DNA of 64,000 bases from an uncultured candidate division Zixibacteria bacterium (GCA_963806185.1 CAWDXE010000001.1:128001-192000), one strand, 5' to 3'. Shown: positions 1-10,351, counted from the first letter of the stretch. Made by a program: numbers and translations. The notes: a model not told the origin generated them from the sequence alone.

Positions 1-148
1 TTTCCCTTGCTCATGCGCTGAACAAACCATATGGCGTTGTCGCTATACTCCCTTAGGGTGTTGGAATATTCCAATACCCCCCGCTTCCCTTGCAACTTGA
101 ATTCCCCCCGCCTGCTTCCTATGTTGACTGCCAGAGAGGATTCCAACT

Positions 149-1564
149 ATGCACATGAATTTGTATCTCGGCGGTCAGTGGGTCGAAACACGTCAGACCA
201 TTCACGTCTCATCCCCCTACGACGACTCCACCGTCGGCACCGTCGCGGCCGCTTCAGCCGCCGACTTCACCCAGGCCATCGAACTCGGTCGGCAAGCATT
301 CGCTCAAACACGGAAGCTCTCCGCTTACGCCCGCGAAAGAGCCTGCCTGCAAATCGCCGACGGCATCCAGGCACACCACGAGGAGTTGTCCGTACTCATG
401 TCTCGTGAACTGGGTAAAGCGCTCAAGGACTCGCGGGCCGAGGTCAGCCGTGCGGTCGGCGTCTTTCGCACCTCCGCGGAGGAAGCCAAACGGGTCGGCG
501 GCGAAATTCTCGATCTCGATTGGAATCCGGGCAGCGAGGGCCGCCTCGGCCTGTTGCGCCGCTTCCCTAAGGGTGTCATCGCCGGGATTACGCCGTTTAA
601 CTTCCCATTAAATCTGATCGCCCATAAAATCGGCCCCGCCATCGCCTCCGGTAATGCCATCATCATCAAACCGGCCAGCAAGACTCCACTCATCGCCCTC
701 AAACTGGCCGAGATCATCGACACGACCGATTACCCGAAAGGCGCCGTCTCCATTCTTCCCGCCGCATCATCGGAGACTATCCCCCTCCTTCAGGACGAAC
801 GGGTAAAGTTGATCACCTTCACCGGCTCCGACATTGTTGGCTGGTGGATAAAAGATCACGCCGGGCGCAAGCCGGTCGTCCTCGAACTCGGCGGTAATGC
901 CGGTGTCGCCGTCGCCGATGATGCTGATCTCGACTGGGCCACCTCCCGCCTCGTCTTCGGCGCCTTCGCCTCCGCCGGTCAGTCGTGCATTTCCGTCCAG
1001 CGCATCTACCTGCACGAATCGATCTATGACCGCGCCCTGGCATCATTCGTCGCCAAGACGAAGACACTGAAAACCGGCGATCCTCTCGATCCGACCACTG
1101 ACGTCGGCGCTCTTGTCGACACCGCCGCCGTAGAAAAAACTATGCAGTCGCTTGACGAAGCAAAACGATCCGGCGGAAAAATCCTGTGCGGTGGCACAGT
1201 TACGGGCCGTGTCATGGAACCGACCATCCTCACCGATGTCCCCCGGCACATTGGACTCTGCGTCACGGAAGCCTTTGCCCCCGTTGCCGTCGTCGCAAGG
1301 TATTCTGATTTCAAGCAAGTTGTCGCCGACATCAACGATTCCAACTTCGGCCTGCAGGCCGGCATCTTTACCAATCGGATGTCAGACATCATGTACGCCT
1401 GGCATCATATCGAAACCGGCGGCGTGGTCGTCAACGATGTCCCCACCTATCGCGCCGATCATATGCCCTACGGCGGCGTCAAAAGATCGGGCCTCGGCCG
1501 CGAGGGCATACGCTGGGCCATCGAGGATATGACCGAACCGAAATTGCTCGCCCTTAAGCCTTGA
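149..1564 (+). CDS. NAD(P)-dependent aldehyde dehydrogenase family protein
   Basis: ALDH motifs ITPFNFP, KPAS, FTGS, LELGGN, catalytic Cys in AGQSC, EAFAP, PYGGVKRSGLGREG. Start could be 149 or 155. Confidence 0.95.
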   Translation: MHMNLYLGGQWVETRQTIHVSSPYDDSTVGTVAAASAADFTQAIELGRQAFAQTRKLSAYARERACLQIADGIQAHHEELSVLMSRELGKALKDSRAEVSRAVGVFRTSAEEAKRVGGEILDLDWNPGSEGRLGLLRRFPKGVIAGITPFNFPLNLIAHKIGPAIASGNAIIIKPASKTPLIALKLAEIIDTTDYPKGAVSILPAASSETIPLLQDERVKLITFTGSDIVGWWIKDHAGRKPVVLELGGNAGVAVADDADLDWATSRLVFGAFASAGQSCISVQRIYLHESIYDRALASFVAKTKTLKTGDPLDPTTDVGALVDTAAVEKTMQSLDEAKRSGGKILCGGTVTGRVMEPTILTDVPRHIGLCVTEAFAPVAVVARYSDFKQVVADINDSNFGLQAGIFTNRMSDIMYAWHHIETGGVVVNDVPTYRADHMPYGGVKRSGLGREGIRWAIEDMTEPKLLALKP

Positions 1565-1890
1565 CTAATTGATTGCCCCACAACGATTTGACTGTCCGGT
1601 GGCACTTTCTGTCACCGGACTGCTATGCTGTGTCAGCAAGAAATTTCTGGATGCGGCGAATCGCGCAAGGGAACTTTTCCACTCCCCGCCGTCGTTGCTC
1701 AAGTAGCGACACGTGCGGCGGATTCGTCGCATGGAAGCCCAACGACGAGCACACCCGCACACGAGCACACATGGTTCGGTCGTTATAAGGCGACCGGACC
1801 ATATTTTTTGCCCCCGTTGTGTTTCTGCATCGTCGCCGGTATCTTTAGCCCCGACCGGGAAACGACATACTCCAAACTCTCGAGGATACC

Positions 1891-2745
1891 ATGCTCTTCG
1901 GCGCTCACGAATCGATTGCCGGCGGCGTCTTCAACGCCATCTCCCGCGGCCAGAAAGCCACCTGCGACACCATTCAAATGTTCAACAAATCGTCCAACCA
2001 GTGGCGCGCCAAACCTTTGGAGACAAAAGAAGTCGACCAGTTCTTCAGAGCTGTTGAGGACACCAAGGTCACTGTCTCTGTCTCCCACACCAGCTACTTG
2101 ATCAATATCGCCTCGCCCAAACCGGAACTTGCCGCCCAGTCGACCGCCGCGCTCAAAGACGAACTAGAGCGATGCAACCTGCTCAAGATTCCCAATCTCG
2201 TCTTTCACCCCGGCTCGCATGTCGGGTCGGGCGAAGAGGTCGGCATGAATACGATCGCCGACAACATCAATAAGATTTTCGGTGAGTTGAAGAACAACAC
2301 GGTCTGCCTGTTGCTGGAGACAACCGCCGGTCAGGGCTCCAATCTCGGGTACACGTTCGAACAACTTGCGTACATTATTGAACGAGTGGAAAACAAGGCA
2401 CAGATGGGTGTCTGTCTCGACACCTGTCATATCTTCGCCGCGGGCTACCCGATTTCCGATCCGGCCGATTATAAGAAGACGATGAAGTCGTTCGACGACG
2501 TCATAGGGCTGGACCGTCTGAAAATCATTCATTGTAATGATTCACTGAAGGAGTTCGGCTCGAAGCGCGACCGCCACGAACATATCGGGAAAGGTCACAT
2601 CGGCCTCGAGGCATTCCGCAATATCGTCAACGACAAGCGGCTCGCCAACGTCCCCAAAATCCTCGAAACCCCCAAAACCGAGGACACCCTGGAAGAGGAC
2701 ATCGAGAATCTGAAGGTGCTGAGGGGCTTGGCGAAGAAGAAATAG
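1891..2745 (+). CDS. nfo: Deoxyribonuclease IV (AP endonuclease IV)
   Basis: GAHESIAGG, HTSYLIN, HPGSH, LETTAGQGS, CLDTCH, HCNDS, DRHEHIGKG, ILETP zinc-ligand motifs. Confidence 0.96.
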   Translation: MLFGAHESIAGGVFNAISRGQKATCDTIQMFNKSSNQWRAKPLETKEVDQFFRAVEDTKVTVSVSHTSYLINIASPKPELAAQSTAALKDELERCNLLKIPNLVFHPGSHVGSGEEVGMNTIADNINKIFGELKNNTVCLLLETTAGQGSNLGYTFEQLAYIIERVENKAQMGVCLDTCHIFAAGYPISDPADYKKTMKSFDDVIGLDRLKIIHCNDSLKEFGSKRDRHEHIGKGHIGLEAFRNIVNDKRLANVPKILETPKTEDTLEEDIENLKVLRGLAKKK

Positions 2746-2802
2746 TTGCGTCATTCTCCTATGGGATGTCTTTGGTTCCGGGCGCGAGAGAGGGAACAAT
2801 CA

Positions 2803-3399
2803 GTGTCAATAGATACGAAAAAGGCGTGGGAGGATTTTCTTAATCCTGACGTATTGCGCCCAAGACTACTTGCAGCTTCGATTTATCTCATCGGATTCGA
2901 AGCATTAAAATACTCAATCATCGAACGGCTTCGAACTTTCTTCTGCCACGGCTTCAATGAATCGGGAGATGTTATCGACCCGAGGTACGAAGCCGATGTT
3001 CTCACCCGAAAGAGAAGCCCCGTTTACGCTAGCCTAGACTGGTTGCTGGAGATGGGAGCGATCAAAGAGTCCGATCTGGTGACATTCGAACGAGTAAAGG
3101 GGTGCCGTAATAAGATTGCCCACGAACTACTTTCCGCCGTTGGTTCCGACGGTCTACCTCAAGATTTCGGCAACTGTTTAGGTGAAATGGTGGCGCTTCT
3201 TAGGAAAATCGAAGTTTGGTGGATAATAAACGTTGATATGGCTGTGGATCCTGAAATCAACGCACATGAAGTTGATGAAGACAATATTGCTCCGGGACCG
3301 ATAGTAAATCTGCATTTGCTCGTCAAAGTGGCGCTTGGCAACGACGTGGAAAATCGGCGATTCTATGAAGATTTCCTGAAGATGACGCGTGTCAGCTAG
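2803..3399 (+). CDS. Hypothetical protein with HEPN-like RxxxxH motif
   Basis: GTG at 2803 after GAGAGGG; RNKIAH at 3106-3123; visibly AT-richer than neighbours. Confidence 0.7.
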   Translation: MSIDTKKAWEDFLNPDVLRPRLLAASIYLIGFEALKYSIIERLRTFFCHGFNESGDVIDPRYEADVLTRKRSPVYASLDWLLEMGAIKESDLVTFERVKGCRNKIAHELLSAVGSDGLPQDFGNCLGEMVALLRKIEVWWIINVDMAVDPEINAHEVDEDNIAPGPIVNLHLLVKVALGNDVENRRFYEDFLKMTRVS

Positions 3400-3427
3400 T
3401 TGTCGCGAATTGCCCACACTTCCCCCC

Positions 3428-3456
3428 TTGACCTCTCCGCCCATCTGCCGTAGCTT
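3428..3456 (+). promoter_or_regulatory. Sigma-70-type promoter of ychF (likely leaderless transcript)
   Basis: TTGACC-N17-TAGCTT ending 8 nt before ATG 3465; no SD. Confidence 0.55.
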
Positions 3457-3464
3457 ACCAATCT

Positions 3465-4517
3465 ATGAAACTCGGTATTATCGGTACCCCCCAATCGGGC
3501 AAAACGACCATCTTCAACGCCGCCGCCGGTCAGCAAGAAGCTGTCGGCGACTACTCCCAGGCCACCCACCGCGCCGTCATCAAGGTCCCCGACCACCGGC
3601 TCGACGAACTGGCTAAGCTCGTCAATCCCAAAAAAATCACCCCGGCCGAAGTCGAATTCCTCGACGCCCCCGGCTTCTCCGGCAAAGGCAAGGAATCGTC
3701 CGGCCTCGAATTGAGCCAGGACCTCAAGCAGATGGACGCCTTCATGCTGGTGGTCGACGCCTTTTCGACTGATGCCAAGCCGGAACGCGATATCCAGAAC
3801 GTCATCGATGAAATGATTTTCTACGATCAGGTGACGGTCGAATCCAACATCGAAAAGCGCGAGCGCAAAGCCAAACTCACCGGCGACAAAGCCGAACAAC
3901 GCGAACTCGAACTCCTGCATCGCTGCCTCACCACGCTCGAGGCCACCAAGCCGCTCATCGATCTCCCGTTCACCGATGATGAAGCCAAAGCCCTGCGCGG
4001 CTACCAGTTTATGTCGCAGAAGCCATTACTGGTGACGCTTAACATTTCCGAGGATAAACTGACCGACGCCGATAAGATCTACCAGCAGTTCAGCCATTTC
4101 GTCCAGCCCGGCAAACGCGAACTGGTGGTCGCCTGTGGCAAGATCGAAATGGAGCTGGTCGGCCTGGGCGACGCCGAACGCAAGCAGTTCCTCCACGAAC
4201 TCGGCATCCCCCACCCCGCCGTCGAGCAGGTGATCCAGAAATCGTACCAGCTTCTCGGCTTGATCTCGTTTCTCACCGCCGGCGAACCCGAGGTCCGCGC
4301 CTGGACCATCAAAAAAGGGACCAACGCCCAGCGCGCCGCCGGCGTCATTCACTCCGATATCGAACGCGGCTTCATCCGGGCCGAGGTGACCAAATACGAC
4401 GATTACGTCGCGCTGAAGACCCATGCCGCCATCAAGGCGGCAGGCAAACAGCGGCTGGAAGGAAAAGAATACGTCGTCGTCGACGGCGACGTAATGCTGT
4501 TCCGGTTTAACGTGTAA
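3465..4517 (+). CDS. ychF: YchF/Obg-family ATPase with C-terminal DUF933/TGS domain
   Basis: P-loop GTPQSGKTT; C-terminal FLTAGEPEVRAW, AGVIHSDIERGFIRAEV, RLEGKEYVVVDGDVMLFRFNV. Confidence 0.9.
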   Translation: MKLGIIGTPQSGKTTIFNAAAGQQEAVGDYSQATHRAVIKVPDHRLDELAKLVNPKKITPAEVEFLDAPGFSGKGKESSGLELSQDLKQMDAFMLVVDAFSTDAKPERDIQNVIDEMIFYDQVTVESNIEKRERKAKLTGDKAEQRELELLHRCLTTLEATKPLIDLPFTDDEAKALRGYQFMSQKPLLVTLNISEDKLTDADKIYQQFSHFVQPGKRELVVACGKIEMELVGLGDAERKQFLHELGIPHPAVEQVIQKSYQLLGLISFLTAGEPEVRAWTIKKGTNAQRAAGVIHSDIERGFIRAEVTKYDDYVALKTHAAIKAAGKQRLEGKEYVVVDGDVMLFRFNV

Positions 4518-4546
4518 GTGCCGAACCAGCCCGGCCGTTTCCCTGT

Positions 4547-4573
4547 TCAATGTTTGCACACAGCCGCCGATAC
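4547..4573 (+). promoter_or_regulatory. Sigma-28 (FliA/WhiG)-like promoter upstream of lon
   Basis: TCAA-N15-GCCGATAC, 32 nt before the ATG. Confidence 0.55.
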
Positions 4574-4605
4574 TATCAGGGAACGATAAAAAGGAATTTG
4601 GAGTA

Positions 4606-6996
4606 ATGGTACAAATAGCCCATCCGCCGAAAGCCGAACCGTCCACGGGCGTGCAGACCCTTCCCATCCTGCCTTTAAAAGGCACGGTCGTCTACCCGTT
4701 CCTGGTGGTACCGCTCATGATCCAGGACACCAATCAAACGCGCCTTATTGACGAAGCTCTCATGCGCGGCTCGCGCGTCGGCCTCATCCTCCAGCGGAAC
4801 ACCAAGACCGACCACCCCGGCCCCGACGACCTCTACACGATGGGCACATCGGGCAATATCCTGAAAATGCTCCGATTCCCCGACGGCACCATTCGCTTTC
4901 TCATACAGGGACTCGGCCGCATTCGCATCCGCCGCTTCACTGGTACGTCACCGCATTTGACTGCCGAAGTTGAGGATCTCCCGGAAGTCACCACCGAGTC
5001 GGTCAGCATGGAAGCGCTCCAGCGCAACTTGATCGACCGAATCAAGACTCTGGTCGACCTGGCCCCATATCTTAACGAGGAATTCCACGTATCGGCCATA
5101 AATCAGGACACGCCTTCCAAGCTCACCGATTTTGTCGCTTCAAACCTGAACCTGCCGATCGAGCAAAAGCAGGATTTGCTGGAGCAGCTCGACGTCTACA
5201 AGCGGATGCAGTCGCTTTATCACGCGATCAACAAAGAGATCGAGGTACTGGAGCTCTCGCAGAAAATCCAGGCGCAGGCCGCCAGTGAACTTGGCAAGTC
5301 CCAGCGCGACTATATCCTTCGCGAGCAACTCAAGGCCATCCGCCGCGAATTGGGCGAGGCCGACGATAAGGGCGATATCGAAGATTTCGAAAAACGGATC
5401 AAAGCCGCGCAAATGCCTGACGTCGCCGAGAAAGCCGCGCTCAAAGAAATCGAGCGCATGTCCCACATGCCTCCGTCGTCCGCCGAATATACGGTCTCGC
5501 GTACCTATCTCGACTGGCTCGTCCTGCTCCCCTGGGCCAAGTCGACCAAAGACCTGCTTGACCTAAAGAAGGCCAAGAAAGTACTCGACGAGGATCATTA
5601 CGATCTCGAAAAAGTCAAAGACCGTATTCTGGAATACCTCGCCGTCCGCAAACTGAAATCCGACCTCAAGGGCCCGATTCTTTGCTTCATCGGCCCCCCC
5701 GGTGTCGGCAAAACTTCGCTCGGCAAATCAATCGCCCGCGCCATGGGTCGCCAGTTTGCCCGCGTCTCGCTCGGCGGTATGCGCGATGAGGCCGAAATCC
5801 GCGGCCACCGCCGCACCTATATCGGCGCCATGCCCGGCCGCATCATTCAGAGTCTGAAGCGCACCGGCTCCAACAACCCGATCATTATGCTCGATGAAAT
5901 CGATAAACTCGGCGTCGACTTCCGCGGTGACCCCGCCTCGGCGCTGCTCGAGGTTCTCGATCCGGAACAGAACGATTCCTTCACTGATCACTACCTCGAC
6001 CTCCCGTTCGACTTGTCCAAGGTGATGTTTATCACCACCGCCAACTGGGCCGAGCCGATTCCGCCCGTGCTGCGCGACCGTATGGAGATGATTGCTCTGC
6101 CTGGGTACACAGACATCGAGAAGACGCAAATTGCCCGGCGGCATCTTATCCCCAAGCAAATCGCCGCCCACGGTCTGCAGGCCAGCCAGCTGAATATCAC
6201 CGATGCCGGCCTGCACTCGCTCATCGACGGCTACACGCGCGAGGCCGGCTTGCGCAATCTCGAGCGCGAAATCGCCACGCTGGCACGCAAGATCGCCCGC
6301 CGCGTCGCCAACGGTTACAAGGGGAAGATCACGATTGATGCGAAAGACATCCCCAAACTGCTTGGCCCGCAGCGCTTCCTTCGCGAAGCCCTCACCCGCT
6401 CCGGTCGAGTCGGCGTCGTCCCCGGCCTTGCCTACACCGCCGCCGGCGGCGAACTCCTCTTTGTCGAGGCTACCTCAATGCCCGGCAAGAATCACTTGAC
6501 CCTCACCGGTCAACTTGGCAATGTCATGAAGGAGTCGGCCCAGGCCGCTCTTTCATTCATTCGCTCCAACGCGGCCGAAATAGGCATCACGCCGCAGCAG
6601 CTCGAGGGATTGGATGTGCATATTCACGTCCCGTCCGGCGCCGTCCCCAAAGACGGTCCCTCGGCCGGCATCACCATGGCTGTCGCACTTGCTTCCCTGT
6701 TTACGCATCGGCCGGTTAAACCGTGTCTCGCTATGACCGGCGAAATAACACTGCGCGGCGATCTCCTACCCATCGGCGGCCTGAAAGAAAAACTGCTCTC
6801 CGCCATGCGCTCCGGCGTCGATACGGTGATTCTGCCGGAAGAAAATCGTAAGGACGCTGTCGAAATTCCTGTCGAGATCAAAAAGAAGGTGAAACTTAAA
6901 TATTTCTCGGACGTCGCCTCAGCCGTCAGGTTCGCCCTCGATACAGAGGCTGCCGGACGGAAGCCGGTCGCCCGAAAGAAATCAAGAACCGCCTGA
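4606..6996 (+). CDS. lon: ATP-dependent endopeptidase La
   Basis: LON N-domain, Walker A GPPGVGKTS, LDEIDK, catalytic PKDGPSAG, MTGEITLRG, PIGGLKEK. Confidence 0.98.
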   Translation: MVQIAHPPKAEPSTGVQTLPILPLKGTVVYPFLVVPLMIQDTNQTRLIDEALMRGSRVGLILQRNTKTDHPGPDDLYTMGTSGNILKMLRFPDGTIRFLIQGLGRIRIRRFTGTSPHLTAEVEDLPEVTTESVSMEALQRNLIDRIKTLVDLAPYLNEEFHVSAINQDTPSKLTDFVASNLNLPIEQKQDLLEQLDVYKRMQSLYHAINKEIEVLELSQKIQAQAASELGKSQRDYILREQLKAIRRELGEADDKGDIEDFEKRIKAAQMPDVAEKAALKEIERMSHMPPSSAEYTVSRTYLDWLVLLPWAKSTKDLLDLKKAKKVLDEDHYDLEKVKDRILEYLAVRKLKSDLKGPILCFIGPPGVGKTSLGKSIARAMGRQFARVSLGGMRDEAEIRGHRRTYIGAMPGRIIQSLKRTGSNNPIIMLDEIDKLGVDFRGDPASALLEVLDPEQNDSFTDHYLDLPFDLSKVMFITTANWAEPIPPVLRDRMEMIALPGYTDIEKTQIARRHLIPKQIAAHGLQASQLNITDAGLHSLIDGYTREAGLRNLEREIATLARKIARRVANGYKGKITIDAKDIPKLLGPQRFLREALTRSGRVGVVPGLAYTAAGGELLFVEATSMPGKNHLTLTGQLGNVMKESAQAALSFIRSNAAEIGITPQQLEGLDVHIHVPSGAVPKDGPSAGITMAVALASLFTHRPVKPCLAMTGEITLRGDLLPIGGLKEKLLSAMRSGVDTVILPEENRKDAVEIPVEIKKKVKLKYFSDVASAVRFALDTEAAGRKPVARKKSRTA

Positions 6997-7019
6997 TCGG
7001 CGCACGTCGCACAGTAGCC

Positions 7020-8582
7020 ATGAAGCTCGTTACTTCGGCGCAGATGCAGCAGATCGACCGCCTCGCGATCGATCACTACGGCATCCCCGGCCCCCAATTG
7101 ATGGAAAACGCCGGTCGGGGCATCGCCGAACATCTCCTCACTCGCCACCTCCCCGTTGCAACAGGCGCCACCGTAGCCATCTTCTGCGGCAAAGGCAACA
7201 ACGGCGGCGACGGTTTCGTCATCGCCCGATACCTGCATCGGGCCGGTGCTTCCGTTTCGGTCTACTTCCTCGGCCCGCCTGACGGCCTCTCCCCTGACGC
7301 CCAACTCAACTACAACCGTGCCCATGAAGCCGGGATCAAGACCCTCGACATCCGCTCTGCATCCGATTTGCCCTCAGACCTTGATTGCCAACTGATCGTC
7401 GACGCTATCTTCGGCACTGGCTTCTCCGGCGCCCCACGCGATCTTGCCGCCGACATGATCTCGTTTATCAATCGTCAAGCGGGTATTCCCGTTATTTCAG
7501 TCGATCTCCCGTCCGGACTCAATGCCGACAACGGCCAGCATGATGGCAAAGTCGTGCATGCCACTGCCACCTGCACACTGGCCCTGCCCAAATACGGTCT
7601 CTACCTCTCGCCCGGGCGCGAACTCGCGGGTGAAATTGCGATCATCGACATCGGCATTCCCGATGATGTTATCGCCAAGTCCCCGGCCGTCGCAGAATTG
7701 ATCACCCTTGAGACGGTCACGACCTTGTTGCCCGCGCGCAAGCCCGACGGCCACAAGGGCGATTTCGGTAAGCTGTTCGTCCTCGCCGGTTCAATCGGCC
7801 TGACGGGCGCCGCAGCGCTTACGTCGCTTTCCGCGCTTCGTTCCGGATGCGGTCTGGTGAAACTCGGCTGCCCTGCCGGCACTCTACCCATTCTCGCGAC
7901 CAAACTCACCGAGGTGACGACTCACCCGCTCCCGGATGTCCGTCGCAAAGGCGTTCTCGCCCTTCGTGCGCTCGGCGAGACTAGAACGCTCATCGACGAG
8001 CACGACGCCGTGGTCATCGGCCCCGGCATCGGTCGCCATCATGAAACATTTGAATTGATTCGTAGGCTGGTGAGCAAACTGGAGAAACCGTCAATAATTG
8101 ATGCCGACGGTATCAACGCTCTGGCCGACCATCTTGAAATACTCCGGCAGTGTCCTTCGACTCCCGTGATCACGCCCCATCCCGGTGAATTCGCCCGCCT
8201 GACGGGCAAGTCCGTTCCGTCCGACATTCACGAGCGCATGGCGTTGACCGTCGCAACGGCAAGTGACCTAAAAGTCGTGTTGCTGCTCAAAGGCAGCCCG
8301 ACCATCATCGCTTCGCCTGACGGCCGCACGTATTTGAATCCCACCGGCAATTCCGGCATGGCTACCGGCGGTTCGGGTGATGTTCTTTCTGGAATGATTG
8401 GCTGTTTTCTGACTCAGGGAATAAACCCCGTCGACGCCGCTGTCTGCGGCGCCTATTTGCACGGACTGGCAGGTGATGTCGCCGCAGACGATCGCTCCGA
8501 ACGATCACTGATCGCCGGCGACCTCTTAGATTTCCTGCCCGAGGTCTTTAGAAATCTCGAGTCTCGAAAACCTCATCCTTAA
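7020..8582 (+). CDS. nnr: Bifunctional NAD(P)H-hydrate epimerase/dehydratase (YjeF)
   Basis: LMENAG, CGKGNNGGDG, DAIFGTG, HKGDFG, DADG, TPHPGEF, MATGGSGDVLSG. Confidence 0.96.
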   Translation: MKLVTSAQMQQIDRLAIDHYGIPGPQLMENAGRGIAEHLLTRHLPVATGATVAIFCGKGNNGGDGFVIARYLHRAGASVSVYFLGPPDGLSPDAQLNYNRAHEAGIKTLDIRSASDLPSDLDCQLIVDAIFGTGFSGAPRDLAADMISFINRQAGIPVISVDLPSGLNADNGQHDGKVVHATATCTLALPKYGLYLSPGRELAGEIAIIDIGIPDDVIAKSPAVAELITLETVTTLLPARKPDGHKGDFGKLFVLAGSIGLTGAAALTSLSALRSGCGLVKLGCPAGTLPILATKLTEVTTHPLPDVRRKGVLALRALGETRTLIDEHDAVVIGPGIGRHHETFELIRRLVSKLEKPSIIDADGINALADHLEILRQCPSTPVITPHPGEFARLTGKSVPSDIHERMALTVATASDLKVVLLLKGSPTIIASPDGRTYLNPTGNSGMATGGSGDVLSGMIGCFLTQGINPVDAAVCGAYLHGLAGDVAADDRSERSLIAGDLLDFLPEVFRNLESRKPHP

Positions 8583-9529
8583 CCGGCCGTCACCAGCTCC
8601 TCAGCTTCCGCCACAACGCCAAAGGATGTCGCCTCCGCTGACGGCCTCTCGCCGCGCATCAGGCGCTCTGCCGATTGCAGGAGCAGCTCCAAATTCAATT
8701 TCGTGATATGCGCATCCGCTTTCAAAAATGAAGCTCGCGCTTTCATGCCGATATCGCCTATCGACGAATAAACGATTACCGGCGTGTTCGGCCGGTTCGA
8801 CTGACGAATCTGCAGGGTCAGCGCCAAACCGTCCATCTGTGGCATCTCGACGTCGGTAACAACCAGGTCAAAATTGTCCTTCTGGAACGCCTGCCAGGCC
8901 TCGCGACCATCATTACTCTCCGTCACCGACAACCCGCGATCACTCAGTTCCGACACGAGCATCGCTCGCACTGCCGGAGAATCCTCCACCACCAATACCC
9001 GCTTTCCCTGCATCTGAGGATTCAGTTCTCCTACCGACTCATGTTGTTCGGTGCAAAGATGAGGGCAAAGATCGAGCAGGATGTTCTCGTAGTCCAGGAG
9101 CTGGACCATACGTTCCTCGGTGGGTCGGACGATACCGATCAGGTACTTGTGCGTGATATCTGAGAATACGTCCTTGGGATCTACCACATTCGCCCAATTG
9201 AAATGGTGTATCCAATCCACCCGTTCAACATAGAAACCCAGGAGCATACCGAAAAACTCGGTGATGATGATCTTCGGATAGGCGCGCGACGACTCCGCCA
9301 GGCCCAGGAATACCGCCAGATCGATCACCGGCACCACTCGATCCATATCGCGGAAAATCCCGCCGATCGCCCGGTGCGACTCCGGCATCCGGAGCTGATT
9401 CTGCTCGTTATTCACAATCTTGGCCACCTTCAGAATATTGATCCCAAAGGCCATTCCGGCCGCCCGATATTCCAGCACTCGCAACTCATTTGAGCCGGTC
9501 TTCAAGTATGATTCCGCGTCAAGTTTCAT
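8579..9529 (-). CDS. cheV: Chemotaxis coupling protein CheV (CheW + receiver domain)
   Basis: LKTGSNELRVLEY/FGINILKV CheW-like N-terminus; receiver VVEDS, TDVEMPQMDG, SS, K. Confidence 0.88.
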   Translation of the reverse strand: MKLDAESYLKTGSNELRVLEYRAAGMAFGINILKVAKIVNNEQNQLRMPESHRAIGGIFRDMDRVVPVIDLAVFLGLAESSRAYPKIIITEFFGMLLGFYVERVDWIHHFNWANVVDPKDVFSDITHKYLIGIVRPTEERMVQLLDYENILLDLCPHLCTEQHESVGELNPQMQGKRVLVVEDSPAVRAMLVSELSDRGLSVTESNDGREAWQAFQKDNFDLVVTDVEMPQMDGLALTLQIRQSNRPNTPVIVYSSIGDIGMKARASFLKADAHITKLNLELLLQSAERLMRGERPSAEATSFGVVAEAEELVTAG

Positions 9530-10293
9530 CGCTTATTCTCCCAGACGTTCATCGTCACCGAAAATTCCGCGCCGCCCTCGCTACGGTTGGTGGCGCTAAT
9601 GCCACCCCCCATCCCTTCCATTGCCAACTTGCAGAAATGCAGCCCCAGCCCCACACCTCGATGTTTTCCCTCGGCACGAAGTTGAACCTGCCCGTATTTC
9701 GAAAAAAGAAATTCCGGCTCAGTGTCACCCAATCCGGGACCGGAATCCCTGATCCGTATCCGCGCTACTCCGGACGCCGACTCAGCCGATACGGTCACTT
9801 TGCCCCCGCCCGGCGTGTGCCGTATCGCATTGAACAACAGATTATCGATTACTCGCTTCAGCAGACTCGCGTCGGCAAGCACGGCGATTGCCGTCTCTGC
9901 GGCCGGCAGGATCACCTCGACATTGTGCTCGTGAGCCGAATTCATCACCATCTCCGTCGCCTCACGAATGATCGTGTCCAAGGGCACGCGTTCAATATGC
10001 ACGGGTATCCCAACCTCGCCCGCGCGCGCTACCGCCATCACGTCGAACAAAACTGATTCGGCCCGCTCCAGAGCAATTTTCGACGAATGCACGATCCGCT
10101 GGTGCTGCGGTTTCGACGGGTCGAATTTCCCGTCCTTAATGAGTTTGAGCAGATACTTAACTGAGGCGATCGGCGACTCCAGATCGTGCACAAATAGAGA
10201 AAAGATCTCGAGCCATTCGTCACCCTCCGGTGCTTTGGCCGCGGATCCGCGCAGGGAAATGAGTTCAGTCGATTGTTTGCTCATGCCGGTCAT
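9526..10293 (-). CDS. Cytoplasmic histidine kinase (HisKA + HATPase) with no sensor domain
   Basis: H-box FVHDLESP, N-box NLLFNAIRH, DSGPG, GVGLGL. ATG 10293 follows GGGGAG; 4-nt overlap with cheV. Confidence 0.88.
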   Translation of the reverse strand: MTGMSKQSTELISLRGSAAKAPEGDEWLEIFSLFVHDLESPIASVKYLLKLIKDGKFDPSKPQHQRIVHSSKIALERAESVLFDVMAVARAGEVGIPVHIERVPLDTIIREATEMVMNSAHEHNVEVILPAAETAIAVLADASLLKRVIDNLLFNAIRHTPGGGKVTVSAESASGVARIRIRDSGPGLGDTEPEFLFSKYGQVQLRAEGKHRGVGLGLHFCKLAMEGMGGGISATNRSEGGAEFSVTMNVWENKR

Positions 10294-10324
10294 GAATCTC
10301 CCCCAAGCCACCCTTTCCCCCCTG

Positions 10325-10351
10325 TTATCGGCCAATAGAGTGGAAAGGTGA
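10325..10351 (-). promoter_or_regulatory. Sigma-28-like promoter of the kinase-cheV unit
   Basis: Minus strand TCAC-N15-GCCGATAA, about 30 nt before the ATG. Confidence 0.6.

Noticed and set aside
1..14. Start of a minus-strand gene (ATG AGC AAG GGA...)
   Set aside because: Only four codons fall in the window; not identifiable
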